From: a virus
DNA length: 64,000 nt
Strand: one strand, 5' to 3'
UHGV virus genome: UHGV-1376660
Shown one piece after another: positions 36,477 through 47,437 of the stretch. A model generated the notes under the pieces. The model was not told the DNA's origin, searched no databases, and worked only from the letters and a program-made list of their open reading frames with translations. The position numbers and the translations under genes are program-made. The first letter of the stretch is position 1; each line of letters opens with the position of its first letter.

Positions 36477-36997
36477 TGGCTTACCTCATAGATGGTTGGT
36501 CGCTGGTGAGAATCTGCCAGCGCAGAACGCAGACGCGGATCATGAACCAGTGCGGCGATAAGTAAGTCGCCTTTGTGCTCTGCCAGCGTGCGCTTGATAT
36601 GGGTTTCAAAACTGACACCGCGCGGAACCAGATGGAGCCAGTCATAATCAATGCCGAAGTCCTTCAGCCAGCGTTTGGTTGGGCCTTCGAGCGCTTCCGG
36701 ACGACTACTGATAAGCACCACTTCAGCACCGGAGCGAGCAAAACCACGCAACATGCGGCTGGTGGGAAAGATGAGTTCATCACCGGCAATGAGAGCGCCT
36801 GCATCCGCATCAGACACTGCTTTGCGATGGCTGGCTCTCGCCAGCACACCCTCAATTTCACACAACACATACATCCCTCTGGCCATATCACACCGCCACT
36901 GGAACCTTGATCCACGGAAGAGGTCTGTAGCCGCACACCTGCACACCTTCCCATTTGAAGTCGTCCAGTTCGGCCCATTCATGCGGAAAAATGACAA
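36473..36997 (-). CDS. Hypothetical protein (possible HAD-like fold), overlaps the ThyA 3' end in another frame
   Basis: Probable internal start MARGMYVLCEIEGVLA; no clean DxD motif. Confidence 0.3.
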   Translation of the reverse strand: MSFFRMNGPNWTTSNGKVCRCAATDLFRGSRFQWRCDMARGMYVLCEIEGVLARASHRKAVSDADAGALIAGDELIFPTSRMLRGFARSGAEVVLISSRPEALEGPTKRWLKDFGIDYDWLHLVPRGVSFETHIKRTLAEHKGDLLIAALVHDPRLRSALADSHQRPTIYEVSQ

Positions 36998-38003
36998 CCG
37001 GGTCGGACTCTTTGGGCGGCTCGCGCTTCATCAGCTCCTCAACGCCTTCCATGTGGTTGTCGTAGAGATGAACGTCAAAGCCAAAATGCACGAATGCGCC
37101 AGCCATGTGGCCGGTGATCTTCGCGAGGAAGTGGGTGAGAATGCCGTAACCGGCGATGTTGAACGGCATACCAACAAAGGTATCGACGCTGCGCTGCACC
37201 AGGCATGAGTTCAGAATGCGTTTCGGGATGCCCAGCTCGTCCAGCATGTTCTCAGTAATGCCGCCATCTCTTTCCAGAAGACACAGCATCTGGGTGTAAA
37301 TGGACTCGTGGCCGTGGCGGTTGTGCTGAATGCCAATGTCGGTGGCCATCGTCAGTCGGGTCTCAAAGTCCAGCTCGCGACTCCACAGTGAAAACACGAA
37401 ATGGCATGGCGGCAACTTCATGTCTTCCAGTTCGCCAACATTCCAGGCATTCAGCAGGATGCGACGATCTGTCGGGTTGGTGCGAAGCGTGTGAACGATA
37501 CGCTGTAGCTGGTCGATTTCACGGGACAACACAACGCGATCTTCACTTACGCCCAGATACCCCTCGACCTTGTACCCGCGCTCACGGAACGTGTCGATTT
37601 TGCTCAAATACTCGCTATGGCTCACGATGCGGGTATCTTCCCACCGACGCCATTGTTTGCCATAGACCGGGCCTAAATCGCCATTTTCATCAGCCCAGGC
37701 ATCCCAGATTTTGACGCCATTGTCTTTCAGGAACTGGATGTTGCCCGTTCCTTTGAGATACCACTCCAGCTCAACCAGTAACGGCTTCAGGTTGACGGCT
37801 TTTCCGGAGATAAGTGGAACAGAGCCGCCCGTTAGCATGTAGTAGGAAGGGACATATGAAACGCTTTTTGTGCCGGTTCCGGTGCGATCACCCGCGTGAA
37901 CGCCAGTGTTGAGCACCGTTTCAACCACTTTGGCATACGAACCACTGGCAAACTGACCGTTCGTAAAGTCTCGATTCAGTAGGATAGACAAAATCAACCT
38001 CAC
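36888..38003 (-). CDS. thyA: Thymidylate synthase with two ~40-aa insertions
   Basis: DRTGTGT, WADENGDLGPVYGKQWRRW, RRILLNAWNVGELEDMKLPPCH, FNIAGY, HLYDNH align to ThyA; 371 aa vs 264 in E. coli. Confidence 0.9.
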   Translation of the reverse strand: MRLILSILLNRDFTNGQFASGSYAKVVETVLNTGVHAGDRTGTGTKSVSYVPSYYMLTGGSVPLISGKAVNLKPLLVELEWYLKGTGNIQFLKDNGVKIWDAWADENGDLGPVYGKQWRRWEDTRIVSHSEYLSKIDTFRERGYKVEGYLGVSEDRVVLSREIDQLQRIVHTLRTNPTDRRILLNAWNVGELEDMKLPPCHFVFSLWSRELDFETRLTMATDIGIQHNRHGHESIYTQMLCLLERDGGITENMLDELGIPKRILNSCLVQRSVDTFVGMPFNIAGYGILTHFLAKITGHMAGAFVHFGFDVHLYDNHMEGVEELMKREPPKESDPVVIFPHEWAELDDFKWEGVQVCGYRPLPWIKVPVAV

Positions 38004-38161
38004 ACAAGATAAGTAAGTACATACATATTATTTTATACAAGTTTATCTGTCAGAAGTGTGTAAGGCTAGGAGGGGAGTAAAAAAAATGGTGGCTCTTAGG
38101 CCACCATTGCAATGAGCAATTAAGAACTTGGACAATAAAACACGCCCAGGCAATATATAAT

Positions 38162-38189
38162 GATAAGTAGATACTTACAATTATTTTTT
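38162..38189. promoter_or_regulatory. Palindrome-family element GATAAGTAGATACTTACAATTATTTTTT (a second degenerate copy at 38017-38037)
   Basis: Sequence inspection. Confidence 0.45.
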
Positions 38190-39116
38190 TACCATCTCGT
38201 AAAGAGATGAGGTTTTCGCCTTCTCAACAAAGCGAGTCAGATCCACATCGCTGTAGGTTGGGGATTTGAGGATCTTGCCATCAGAAACTCTGAAGCCAAT
38301 CATCATGTCAGTCCCTTCAGCGTGGCGGAAGCCCAGATCTCCCTTGTCGTATTTGCAATTCTCTACCGCCACACGACGCTCTTCGGCGTCAGCCGGCCAC
38401 AGCTTGGTCATGTTGGAACGATGGATTTCTGCCACCAGCTCAACAATATCGATACCGAGAAAATCAGCCAGGCGGTAGGTCATCATGCAGGCAACGTAGA
38501 TTTTATTCATCACGCGGCGCAGCTCCTGCACCAATTCGGAATCGCTAATCGGCTTCGCTTCGAGTTTGTCAGCCAGCGCATTCAGCATTAATGCAGCTTC
38601 TTTTGCTTCTTCAAACGGGATAGCCATGTCGTCAAAGACCGTGTTGCCTGGAACCATGATGGTGTGGATGAAGCGATCAACACTCTGCTCTTGGGTGTAG
38701 TAGCTCATGCCTGTAGAGATACCGCCTTTGATGGCCACCATTGTGCCGACGCCCACGTAAAGGAAGTCAGCCATCGCATCCAGCAGCGCCGTCATGTCCC
38801 CGTTTTTAGCTGCCGGGATGCCCTCGGTAACAGCTTCTTCGTGGATCAGCTTGGCACGCAGACGCAGTAGTGCAGGATCTGGAATGGCACGGCGTGGGTG
38901 CTGAAACAGTGTGTGGAACTGGTCAACCATCAGGTAGATGCTTTCCGTTGCCTTGCCAAAACCGGGATTCAACTCGTAAGGCTCTGGCTTAAATCCCACG
39001 AGTTTGTCTGCGGCAAGTTTCAGATGATCGGTCAGTTTCGTAAATTTCATGTCTTCTTTCTTTCCTTTGGACTTCATTTGATACGTCAATTGTGACCCAG
39101 CAGCGCCAGGCCACAA
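38181..39116 (-). CDS. Hypothetical protein, possibly MazG-like nucleotide pyrophosphohydrolase
   Basis: EEAVTEGIPAAKNGDMTALLDAMADFLYV loosely resembles MazG EExxE...D motifs; weak. Confidence 0.3.
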   Translation of the reverse strand: MWPGAAGSQLTYQMKSKGKKEDMKFTKLTDHLKLAADKLVGFKPEPYELNPGFGKATESIYLMVDQFHTLFQHPRRAIPDPALLRLRAKLIHEEAVTEGIPAAKNGDMTALLDAMADFLYVGVGTMVAIKGGISTGMSYYTQEQSVDRFIHTIMVPGNTVFDDMAIPFEEAKEAALMLNALADKLEAKPISDSELVQELRRVMNKIYVACMMTYRLADFLGIDIVELVAEIHRSNMTKLWPADAEERRVAVENCKYDKGDLGFRHAEGTDMMIGFRVSDGKILKSPTYSDVDLTRFVEKAKTSSLYEMVKK

Positions 39117-39132
39117 AGTGGTTAAACTCGGC

Positions 39133-40275
39133 TTAAAGGTCTGCGAACTGGCTCAGGCCGGAGCGATCGACAGCGGAGTCAATCTGGCCAACGAGGTAGT
39201 TGCTTTGTTCAGCTTCCTGCGGAGCGATCTGCAGGGTGTCTGACAGCAGCCATTTATTCATCCATACCAGTGGATCGTCTTTGATTTCCGGGAACAGCGG
39301 TCGCAGCCCAAGACGACGCATTGCCAGGTTGGTGCGGTATTTCACATAGCTTTTGAGGATGTCGGCATTCAAGCCAATCATTGAGCCGTCTTTAAACAGA
39401 TAGTCAGCCCAGCGCATTTCCTGCCCGGCCACGTCCATCATGGTCTGATAGATGAAGCTCTCTTCTTCTGCGGCAATCATCTTCCACATCAGACCTTCAC
39501 GACCGGTACGCATAAAGCGGATCATGCGTTCAGTACCTTCGCAATGCAAAGCCTCGTCACGCGCGATAAAGCGCATGATCTTCGTGTTGCCCTCCAGCAG
39601 CTTCCGCTCACCAAAGGCGAACGTACACGCAAAGCTCACGTAGAAGCGAATCGCCTCCAGTGCATTCACCGACACCAGTGTTCGGAACAGCTGGCGCTGG
39701 AGAGGGTAGGGCTTGCCATCAAACTCGCTGACATACAGCCGTTCAAATTCGTCTTCGCCAAGATGCTGGCGAGCGCAGGTCATTTCGTACAGCCTGTCAT
39801 ATTCGCTTGAGATGCTTACAGCCCGGCTGATGATCTCTTCGTCCGTGACGATGCCGTCGAAAACGATGCTCGGGTCATCCACCATACCGCGGATAATGTG
39901 GGTATAGCTGCGGCTGTGAATCGTCTCAGAGAACGACCAGGTCTCAACCCATGTCTCCAGCTCAGGAATGGAGATCAGCGGCAGCAGTGTTGCGTTTGGA
40001 CTGCGACCCTGAACGGAATCCAACAGCGTCTGGTAACGCAGGTTGCTCAGAAAAATATGGCGTTCGTGCTCTTGCAGCTTGGTATTGAAGTCGATGCGGT
40101 CAGTGGTAATGTCGACTTCTTCAGGGCGCCAGAAGAACGAGAGTTGTTTCTCAATCAGCTTTTCGAAGTCACGGTACTTTTGCTGATCGTAGCGTGCTAC
40201 GTTGACAGACTGGCCGAGGAACATAGGTTCCTTCGTTGCGTCGTTAGCGCCCAAACGGAAAGTAGAATAAGTCAT
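39133..40275 (-). CDS. nrdB: Ribonucleotide reductase class Ia beta subunit
   Basis: 380 aa; FFWRPEEVD, iron-ligand and tyrosyl-radical region motifs; adjacent to nrdA. Confidence 0.9.
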   Translation of the reverse strand: MTYSTFRLGANDATKEPMFLGQSVNVARYDQQKYRDFEKLIEKQLSFFWRPEEVDITTDRIDFNTKLQEHERHIFLSNLRYQTLLDSVQGRSPNATLLPLISIPELETWVETWSFSETIHSRSYTHIIRGMVDDPSIVFDGIVTDEEIISRAVSISSEYDRLYEMTCARQHLGEDEFERLYVSEFDGKPYPLQRQLFRTLVSVNALEAIRFYVSFACTFAFGERKLLEGNTKIMRFIARDEALHCEGTERMIRFMRTGREGLMWKMIAAEEESFIYQTMMDVAGQEMRWADYLFKDGSMIGLNADILKSYVKYRTNLAMRRLGLRPLFPEIKDDPLVWMNKWLLSDTLQIAPQEAEQSNYLVGQIDSAVDRSGLSQFADL

Positions 40276-40305
40276 GTGTTTCCCTCTGAATGTTATCGAG
40301 TGGCT

Positions 40306-40340
40306 TTAAACAAATTGTTATCTTATTGGTTTAAACAAGG
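40306..40340 (-). promoter_or_regulatory. Conserved early promoter/operator motif copy upstream of nrdB
   Basis: TTTAAACAAATTGTTATCTTATTGGTTTAAACAAGG. Confidence 0.5.
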
Positions 40341-40382
40341 TGCTCAACTCAATGAAAAGGTGGGGATTTCTCCCCACGCTCA

Positions 40383-42698
40383 TCAGATTTTGCACGCGCC
40401 ATCGCACTCATCTTCTGGCTCAACAACCTCCGCAGCGGAAGGTTCTGACACCTGATCGTCGTCATCACGCTTACCAGCGCCATCACGCGTGTTGTGGTAA
40501 TAAAGCGTCTTCACACCTTGCTGATACGCAAACAGCAGGTCTTCCAGCAGCTTCATCATTGGAACCTTATCGCCAGGGAAGCGAGTCGGGTCGTAGTTGG
40601 TGTTCGCAGAGATGGCCTGATCGAAGAACTTCTGAATAATGGCCACCTTAGTCAGATAGCCGCGGTTATCCGGCATATCCCACAGGTACTCGTACTGGTC
40701 TTTCAGTTGCGCGAAGTCCGGAACGACCATCTTCACGATGCCGTCTTTGGAAGACTTCACGGACACCGGGCCGCGTGGCGGCTCAATACCATTGGTGGAG
40801 TTGGTGATCTGGCTGGACGTCTCACACGGCATTTGCGCTGTAAGAGTGGAGTTACGCAGACCATGCTCACGGATACGGCCACGCAGTTCTTCCCACGGCA
40901 TTTTCAGCTCGAAAGAGGTCTCCGGGTTGGTATCCAGCGTTTTGCGATAGTGGTCGACTGGCAGCTGGCCCTGTGCATATTTGGTGTGGGAGAACCAGTC
41001 ACATGCACCTTTCGCTTCAGCCAGTCGGCAGCTCGCATCGAGCAGGTAGTACTGAATGGCTTCGAAGGTCTCATGCACCAGCTGGTTGCCCGCAGCGTCA
41101 GAGTAGTTAAAGCCGTTCTTCGCCAGATAGTAGGCAAAGTTGGTCACACCAATACCCAGACTACGACGAGCTTTAGCCGGGATTTCTGCAGCAGCCATCG
41201 GGTAGTCCTGATAGTCGAGCAGAGAGTCCAGTGCCGCCACAGCGTAGAACGCCACGTCTTTCAGTGAGTCCAACGTGCGGATCGCACCCAGGTTAAACGC
41301 AGACAGAGTGCAAAGCGCGATTTCCCCGTTCGGATCGTCAGTGAACGCCAGTGGCTTGGTCGGTAGCGTGATCTCCATGCAGAGATTGGACTGGTGTACC
41401 GGTGCAATTTCCGGAACGAATGCGCCGTGATCGTTCATGTGGTCGACGTTGGCAATATAAACACGACCAGTGGAGGCACGCTCCTGCATCAGCGTAGAGA
41501 ACAGGTCGACGGCCGGGATAGATTTCTTACGAATGCTCTCGTCGGCTTCGTACTTCAGGTACAGCTCTTCGAACTTGTCCTGATCAACAAAGAACGCGTC
41601 GTACAGGCCCGGCACATCGTGTGGGCTGAACAGCGTAATATTTTCGTTGCGCACCAGGCGGCGATACATCAGACGGTTAATCATCACGCCATAGTCGAGA
41701 TGACGAACGCGGTTCTCTTCAATGCCACGGTTGTTTTTCAGTACCAGCAGACTTTCAACTTCCAAGTGCCAGATCGGATAGAACGCTGTAGCAGCGCCGC
41801 CGCGAACACCGCCCTGAGAGCAGGATTTCACAGCTGTCTGGAAGTGTTTCAGGAATGGAATAACGCCAGTGTGGGTGGCCTCGCCATTGCGGATCTCACT
41901 GCCCAGCGCACGCAGACGCCCAAAACCAATACCAATGCCCGCGCGACGTGACACGTAGTCGATGATTGCGGAAGACGCAGCGCTAATACCTTTCAGACTA
42001 TCAGCAGCTTCAATCAGCACGCAGCTGGAGAACTGGCGAGTAGGGGTGCGCACGCCGGCCATAATTGGCGTTGGCAGAGACAGCTTGAATGTACTGGTCA
42101 CATCGTAGAAGCCCTTAACCATCTCCAGACGCGTCTTACCGGCGCAGCCATCTTCCCAATTCTGGAACAGGCACATGCCGACCAGCATGTAGAGTTGCTG
42201 TGGCCCTTCGTAGATAGCGCCAGTTACACGGTTTTGAACGAGATACTTGCTCGCCAGCTGCACGGTGGCGGCATAGCCGAAGTATTCGTCGCGCTTAGGC
42301 TTGATGTACACGCCCAGCTCGGCAATTTCTTCCTGAGAGTAGTACTTGAGAAGGTCTTCATCGTAAACGCCACGACTGACGTTGCTGACGATGTGATTGT
42401 AGAAATTCGGGTAGTCATACTGGCCGAAGGCGTCCTTGCGGATCTTGAACAGGCTCAGTCGCGCGGCAACCTGCGAGTAGTTCGGGGTTTCCGGAGAGAT
42501 CAGATCGGCAGCGGACTTCACCAGCGCCTCATGCAGCTGGCAGGTGGTCATTCCGTCGAAAATGCTGGCAGCAGCGCCCATAGCGACAGCAGACGCGCTA
42601 ACGTTGCGAATGTTTTCGACTCCCCACATCACAACGCGGTTGTATTTTTCCTCTGACAACGGCTCAGTGGAACCGTTACGTTTTACGATGCTTATCAT
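40383..42698 (-). CDS. nrdA: Ribonucleotide reductase class Ia alpha subunit
   Basis: 771 aa with N-terminal ATP-cone (VKRNGSTEPL), catalytic Cys regions and C-terminal CDGACKI tail. Confidence 0.95.
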   Translation of the reverse strand: MISIVKRNGSTEPLSEEKYNRVVMWGVENIRNVSASAVAMGAAASIFDGMTTCQLHEALVKSAADLISPETPNYSQVAARLSLFKIRKDAFGQYDYPNFYNHIVSNVSRGVYDEDLLKYYSQEEIAELGVYIKPKRDEYFGYAATVQLASKYLVQNRVTGAIYEGPQQLYMLVGMCLFQNWEDGCAGKTRLEMVKGFYDVTSTFKLSLPTPIMAGVRTPTRQFSSCVLIEAADSLKGISAASSAIIDYVSRRAGIGIGFGRLRALGSEIRNGEATHTGVIPFLKHFQTAVKSCSQGGVRGGAATAFYPIWHLEVESLLVLKNNRGIEENRVRHLDYGVMINRLMYRRLVRNENITLFSPHDVPGLYDAFFVDQDKFEELYLKYEADESIRKKSIPAVDLFSTLMQERASTGRVYIANVDHMNDHGAFVPEIAPVHQSNLCMEITLPTKPLAFTDDPNGEIALCTLSAFNLGAIRTLDSLKDVAFYAVAALDSLLDYQDYPMAAAEIPAKARRSLGIGVTNFAYYLAKNGFNYSDAAGNQLVHETFEAIQYYLLDASCRLAEAKGACDWFSHTKYAQGQLPVDHYRKTLDTNPETSFELKMPWEELRGRIREHGLRNSTLTAQMPCETSSQITNSTNGIEPPRGPVSVKSSKDGIVKMVVPDFAQLKDQYEYLWDMPDNRGYLTKVAIIQKFFDQAISANTNYDPTRFPGDKVPMMKLLEDLLFAYQQGVKTLYYHNTRDGAGKRDDDDQVSEPSAAEVVEPEDECDGACKI

Positions 42699-42710
42699 GT
42701 ATCACCCAAT

Positions 42711-42737
42711 AAAAAAGGCCACTAAATATAGTGGCCT
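42711..42737 (-). terminator. Rho-independent terminator (AGGCCACTATATTTAGTGGCCT + T6 on the minus strand)
   Basis: Between the RuvC-like gene and nrdA. Confidence 0.6.
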
Positions 42738-42743
42738 CATGTT

Positions 42744-42769
42744 AATAGATAAGTACTTACCTATCAATT
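42744..42769. promoter_or_regulatory. Palindrome-family element AATAGATAAGTACTTACCTATCAATT
   Basis: Sequence inspection. Confidence 0.55.
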
Positions 42770-42775
42770 ACCGAC

Positions 42776-43345
42776 TTATAAAATTCCTGCAAGAACATCG
42801 CGAACCTGACGGAATTGATCTGTTTGCATACCGGTGTAAATCGACGCGACAGCGTCCGCAAGGTGCTCGTTTTTATTCACCAGCACTTCCTTACCAGATT
42901 GCTTCCGGCGCAACCACGGGGCGTTTGGCTGCTTCTGCGTAGCCCACTGAATGATCTCTTCCTTCGACGTGGTCAGCTTATTCCCGACATAGTGCTTAAT
43001 CTCGTTTGGCGTGACCTGTATCAGTGGCTTATCCACGCACGCCAGTACACCAATGCAGATGCCGTATGAGGTTTGTGCGCGACTGGACTGGCTACCAACC
43101 GGCAACTCGCAAAACACCATATGAGCCTGCTCGATTATGGGCTTGGCGGTACGCCAGATTTCGTTAGCGCGGCGCAGATCGTCGCTGTTAACGCGAACCG
43201 TCTTCTTGTTTCCACCAGCTTTGGTTTCCACCAATGTCAGGCCATGAATGTCCAGCTTATCCGTTTCCAGATCCAGCGTGCCAATCGCCAGGCCAAAATT
43301 GCTCATTGAAGGGTCGACGCCGACCACACGAATGGTTTTACTCAT
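42776..43345 (-). CDS. RuvC-like Holliday junction resolvase (phage type)
   Basis: MSKTIRVVGVDPSMSNFGLAIG start resembles the RuvC catalytic N-terminus; about 190 aa. Confidence 0.5.
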   Translation of the reverse strand: MSKTIRVVGVDPSMSNFGLAIGTLDLETDKLDIHGLTLVETKAGGNKKTVRVNSDDLRRANEIWRTAKPIIEQAHMVFCELPVGSQSSRAQTSYGICIGVLACVDKPLIQVTPNEIKHYVGNKLTTSKEEIIQWATQKQPNAPWLRRKQSGKEVLVNKNEHLADAVASIYTGMQTDQFRQVRDVLAGIL

Positions 43346-43356
43346 TTTTGGTCTCC

Positions 43357-44103
43357 TTACCACGTAGCCCAGGTTGGGCATTCCATTAGTTTCTGTTCAA
43401 GTGTCTTCTCCGGCTCGCGAGTTGGCGGCTTCGGAATGTCGCTAACAACATGAATGCTATCGTTGGTTAGAACGCCTGCAGCAATATCTGCATCAATCAT
43501 GCTCTGGCCGATGAAATGCCGCATGATGTCGATCAGATGGCGTGCAGCCGTTTCATTCGCGCTGAATACATGGGGGAGAAGAACTTCAATAACCGCTACT
43601 TCACATCCCTCCTCGTAAAAGCAGAGTTTCGCCCGCTTTGAAATTGGCGCGTGTCGGTCATAGTCAACAGAGAAGCTGGCGAAAGCAGCACCAGGCATTG
43701 CAACGTGATCCGCGCGTGCGTTAGCGTGTCGAATCAGATTAGTGAATGCGGTGCTGATGTGCGTCTCCATCGCATTGAAGAGCGCATTTTCTTGGATGTT
43801 CAGCGTTCCGGTTTCAGGAATCACAACGAACCCCGGCCCAGAATGTGGGAGATATCCACCTTCCGTAAATGGATTAATAAGGATCGGCGCAGTGCTTCCT
43901 GACGGCAGCATAGACAAACTCGGCATCAACGGAGTCGATGACAACAGACTGGTTAATACCGAGAACTGGTCGTCATTGATGTTTTCGTTTTTCCACAAAA
44001 GTGCAGGCGCAGCTGCTTTTGCCGTATGGTGGTTTATCAGCTTTATAGACTGCATCACGGCAAACATCTGCAAAAACTGCGTGCGGCTCAAGTTAAACGA
44101 CAT
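43357..44103 (-). CDS. Hypothetical protein
   Basis: 248-aa ORF. Confidence 0.4.
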   Translation of the reverse strand: MSFNLSRTQFLQMFAVMQSIKLINHHTAKAAAPALLWKNENINDDQFSVLTSLLSSTPLMPSLSMLPSGSTAPILINPFTEGGYLPHSGPGFVVIPETGTLNIQENALFNAMETHISTAFTNLIRHANARADHVAMPGAAFASFSVDYDRHAPISKRAKLCFYEEGCEVAVIEVLLPHVFSANETAARHLIDIMRHFIGQSMIDADIAAGVLTNDSIHVVSDIPKPPTREPEKTLEQKLMECPTWATW

Positions 44104-46009
44104 AGCTGCGACCCTCTTTGACTTCGACTGTGATGGTTTCCCGGAACCACGATTTCATCTCTTTGTGGGAGATGATCATCACTGTGCCGCGTTCACGCGC
44201 TTTGGCTTCCAGAATCCCCATGAGACGCTCCAGACCGGCAGTGTCGAGCGCGTCGTCAATTTCATCGCCGATAAACAGCTCGATATTCTTACTGGCGCGA
44301 CTGGCAACCAGATCCTGCAAGGCAAGAGAGCACGCAATGCGTACCTTACGCTTCTCGCCACCAGACAACGTCTGGAAGGATTTGCTGGAGCCTGTTTTGG
44401 TTACGCTGATATTGAATTTGTCGCGATACTCGCCTTTCTTCGTTGTCTCCATTGTCGACCATTCGGCAACGATATTGCCGTCCGACAGCGTGTTGAGATA
44501 CTCCGCAGTCCTGATGTTCAGGAAAGGTGTAACAGACGTCAGGATGTGTGAACGCACGCCTGCTGGGGAGTAAACCTGGCGAGCTTTCTCCAGCAACAGA
44601 GCCTGTTCCTGAATGCTTTTTAACTCTTTTTTAAGTACTGCATGATTAGATTTATTGGCAGCCAGGTTGTCTTCATGGCGCTTAATGACAGCCAGAAATG
44701 GGTTTACCTCTGCCATGATGCGATTCACGTCAGTACGCGCCCGCGCCACCATCGCTTCGACGGCCACAACTTCACGTTCTCGATGACGCAGCGCACTTAG
44801 CTCATTGGTCAGGCGTTCGATTCTGGCGATGATTTCTGAGACGTCGGGTGTGGCTGCGACCAGTGCAGACTCGATGCCGAGCGCTTTCTCAAGACGAGCT
44901 TTGTGTTGAGCCACTGCCGCTGCTGATGCCTGCGCCTGGCCGATCTCATTACGCGCTTGTTCAATGAAACTCTCCTTCACGGTGGACAAATCTTCTTCGC
45001 AGTAGGGCTTTCCGCACGTAACACAAGGTGCTCCGACCTTTGTGTTGACCTCTTCTGCTTTGGTTTTAAACGAGCGAGCACGGTTCATGGACTCGTTCTG
45101 TGCCGCTTCTGAAGTGCGGATGCTTGAGCGGATCTCCGTAATCGCACCGCGCACCTTCAGCAGTTTGGCGTCATGCTCTTCTTTGGAGGCCAGCTTGCTG
45201 CGTTCGCCAGCAATCGCGTTTTCCGTATCCCGGATCTGTTCCGGCAGCGAGCGAATTTCCATCACGACTTCAGACAGCGTTACCTCCGCGCCAGCCAAAT
45301 CGACGCGGGCCTTGTCCAGACGTTCGCCGCGATCGCGCTCCCAACTATCAGAGGACGCTTTGGCCGCCTCAATCTCTGACTGCGCGGTCTCGATAAGCGT
45401 GAGACAGGCGTCCATTTTGGATTTGGTAACATCCATGCGTGCGGCAGCTGCATTAGCACGCTCGCGAGCAATGGCATAGGCTCGCGTTAACCGGTCGACG
45501 CCAGCGGCTTCTTCAACGATGGTTTTGAGGTTCTTGTCGGACATACCCGGCAGATCAGGCATTGCTTCCTGACTGGCGTAGATGGACGCCATGAACACCT
45601 CTTTCGATGCACCAATCAGGCGTTCAACGAACTCCTGCGTCAGTGTGTCTTTGCCTTTGGTCATATCACCGTCTTCGCCACGAACGATCAGCCGGTTCTT
45701 GAACTCTTTGTGTTTGCGGTGGCGAATGATGGCGTAACGCTTTCCTTCATCCTCAACAGTCACCATCACGCGACAGTTTTTCTCGTGGCCTGTAGAGAGC
45801 ACGTCGTCACCTTTGACGCCATGCGCAGTTTCGCCATACAGACACCACATCAGGCTGTTCATCAAAGTCGATTTGCCCGCGCCATTGCTGGCAGCGGAAG
45901 AGTCGCCACTGTTAACCCCCTGAATGAGCACCAGACCGCGTTGGTCTAACTCAACTTCGGCGCTGGCTAACGCCATGAAGTTCTCAACCTGGAGCTTTAG
46001 AAATTTCAT
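44093..46009 (-). CDS. SbcC/Rad50-like ATPase (T4 gp46-like)
   Basis: N-terminal Walker A NGAGKST, long coiled coils, CxxC zinc hook (CVTCGKPYC), C-terminal signature LSGGEKRKV and D-loop GDEIDDALD. Confidence 0.85.
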   Translation of the reverse strand: MKFLKLQVENFMALASAEVELDQRGLVLIQGVNSGDSSAASNGAGKSTLMNSLMWCLYGETAHGVKGDDVLSTGHEKNCRVMVTVEDEGKRYAIIRHRKHKEFKNRLIVRGEDGDMTKGKDTLTQEFVERLIGASKEVFMASIYASQEAMPDLPGMSDKNLKTIVEEAAGVDRLTRAYAIARERANAAAARMDVTKSKMDACLTLIETAQSEIEAAKASSDSWERDRGERLDKARVDLAGAEVTLSEVVMEIRSLPEQIRDTENAIAGERSKLASKEEHDAKLLKVRGAITEIRSSIRTSEAAQNESMNRARSFKTKAEEVNTKVGAPCVTCGKPYCEEDLSTVKESFIEQARNEIGQAQASAAAVAQHKARLEKALGIESALVAATPDVSEIIARIERLTNELSALRHREREVVAVEAMVARARTDVNRIMAEVNPFLAVIKRHEDNLAANKSNHAVLKKELKSIQEQALLLEKARQVYSPAGVRSHILTSVTPFLNIRTAEYLNTLSDGNIVAEWSTMETTKKGEYRDKFNISVTKTGSSKSFQTLSGGEKRKVRIACSLALQDLVASRASKNIELFIGDEIDDALDTAGLERLMGILEAKARERGTVMIISHKEMKSWFRETITVEVKEGRSYVV

Positions 46010-46284
46010 ACAATGCCTCTAACTTTTTGATTCAAATGCTGGCCTTTTCGCAGTTGAAACTCCGTGTGGGCTGGGAAAGATCGGCGTTTCAGTACGCCTT
46101 GTTTGCTCAGTCTTCCCAGATAAAACGCCACAGGGTTTCCGTTGGGTGGGTAGGGCTTGTGGAACATCACCGTCTGGCCTCGTTCAAGTCTTTTCATCGT
46201 GGAGATGAAGTCCCGAAAGCTCCCAGAATGGCTCGTACTCACATTGCCTCCGCACTCTCCGCTTCGGTCAGGATCTCCTGACAC
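46006..46284 (-). CDS. Hypothetical small protein between sbcD and sbcC
   Basis: 92-aa ORF overlapping the sbcD 3' end. Confidence 0.3.
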   Translation of the reverse strand: MSGDPDRSGECGGNVSTSHSGSFRDFISTMKRLERGQTVMFHKPYPPNGNPVAFYLGRLSKQGVLKRRSFPAHTEFQLRKGQHLNQKVRGIV

Positions 46285-47324
46285 AGCATGTCCAGCTTGC
46301 TCAGGTCGAAGCCGCCGTCAGTGTCGTGAACGATCTTGCAGTACGCCGCGACGGACTCGCCCAGGCTGTCTATTTTGCTGGTCTCCGCAGTACTGGCAGT
46401 GCCTTCCATCATCGATGCCTTGCGGATGAAGTTGCAGACGACACCCTTCGCGCCCATTGTTTTCAGGACGTTCTGGATTTTGATGCCCTCTTCATCGCTC
46501 TCCACAACGGCACGGAAGCGCACGTAGTTACCGCGAATTTGGTCGTCTTCCACATCGTCCTCAAGGTTGACGAACTTGGGTGCGGAGGTTTCGTGGTGGG
46601 TGAATGTGCCGTCAGGGTTGACGATCATGAAGCCAGCCAGCGAACCAACATCGCCCCAATTCTGGTGCGTCAGCGCCCCGATGCTAACCACTCCAGGCAG
46701 CACTTCTTTGTGGTTGTGGTAGTGTCCGGACAGCAACAAACGGAAGCCGATATCTTTCAGTTCCTGTGCGTCGATGCCGACATCTGGCATGGTGGGGATC
46801 GCTTTGTTGATCGAGGTATGCACAACGACATCGTGATTGTCGCCATCCAGCCCGGAACGCAGTGTTTTGAGGTCGCTGATAAGCTCTGCGTGATTATTGC
46901 GCCAGCTAATCAGGTGGACGGTTACGTCGCCCATTTTGATGGAGTGAGGACGTTTGCCGCAGACGATTTCCACACCGATTGAGCGCAGAGAGGCCGCTGC
47001 ATTGGCGCTGTATACGGAATCGTTGGTTTCGAGGTCGTGGTTGCCGGCCAGCATGACCACTTCGAGGCCCAACTCTTTGATGATCCACTCGTAAGTTTCG
47101 GTCACGAAATGCAGGACGGAAGGCGATATAGCACCACGAACATGGAAAGTATCACCAGCCACCAGCATGTGCTTGCAGCCCGCAGCTTTCATGGCTTTGG
47201 CAGCTTCTTTCGTGGCGTCCAGTTGGATCTCCAGTCGAGAGTTCAGCCCGTCAGCGTTTGTTGTCGCAAAAGCATCCCAACGATGATAATGGGGATCTGA
47301 TATCACCCCGTATGGCAATGTCAT
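46239..47324 (-). CDS. SbcD/Mre11-like nuclease (T4 gp47-like)
   Basis: Calcineurin-like phosphoesterase motifs ISDPHYH, VAGDTFH, LAGNHD, GHYH. Confidence 0.85.
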   Translation of the reverse strand: MTLPYGVISDPHYHRWDAFATTNADGLNSRLEIQLDATKEAAKAMKAAGCKHMLVAGDTFHVRGAISPSVLHFVTETYEWIIKELGLEVVMLAGNHDLETNDSVYSANAAASLRSIGVEIVCGKRPHSIKMGDVTVHLISWRNNHAELISDLKTLRSGLDGDNHDVVVHTSINKAIPTMPDVGIDAQELKDIGFRLLLSGHYHNHKEVLPGVVSIGALTHQNWGDVGSLAGFMIVNPDGTFTHHETSAPKFVNLEDDVEDDQIRGNYVRFRAVVESDEEGIKIQNVLKTMGAKGVVCNFIRKASMMEGTASTAETSKIDSLGESVAAYCKIVHDTDGGFDLSKLDMLCQEILTEAESAEAM

Positions 47325-47437
47325 GTGTCTTTTCCTTTGTGGTTATTTTGATACAGATGTTAAGCGTGTTTGAGAGGCGAGCAACCCAGACAACACGGCA
47401 CAGAAGAAAATCTACAGGCACACGATTATGACAAAAT

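Noticed and set aside
40494-41267. 257-aa plus-strand ORF
   Set aside because: Antisense to nrdA.
46326-46982. 218-aa plus-strand ORF
   Set aside because: Antisense to the sbcD-like gene.
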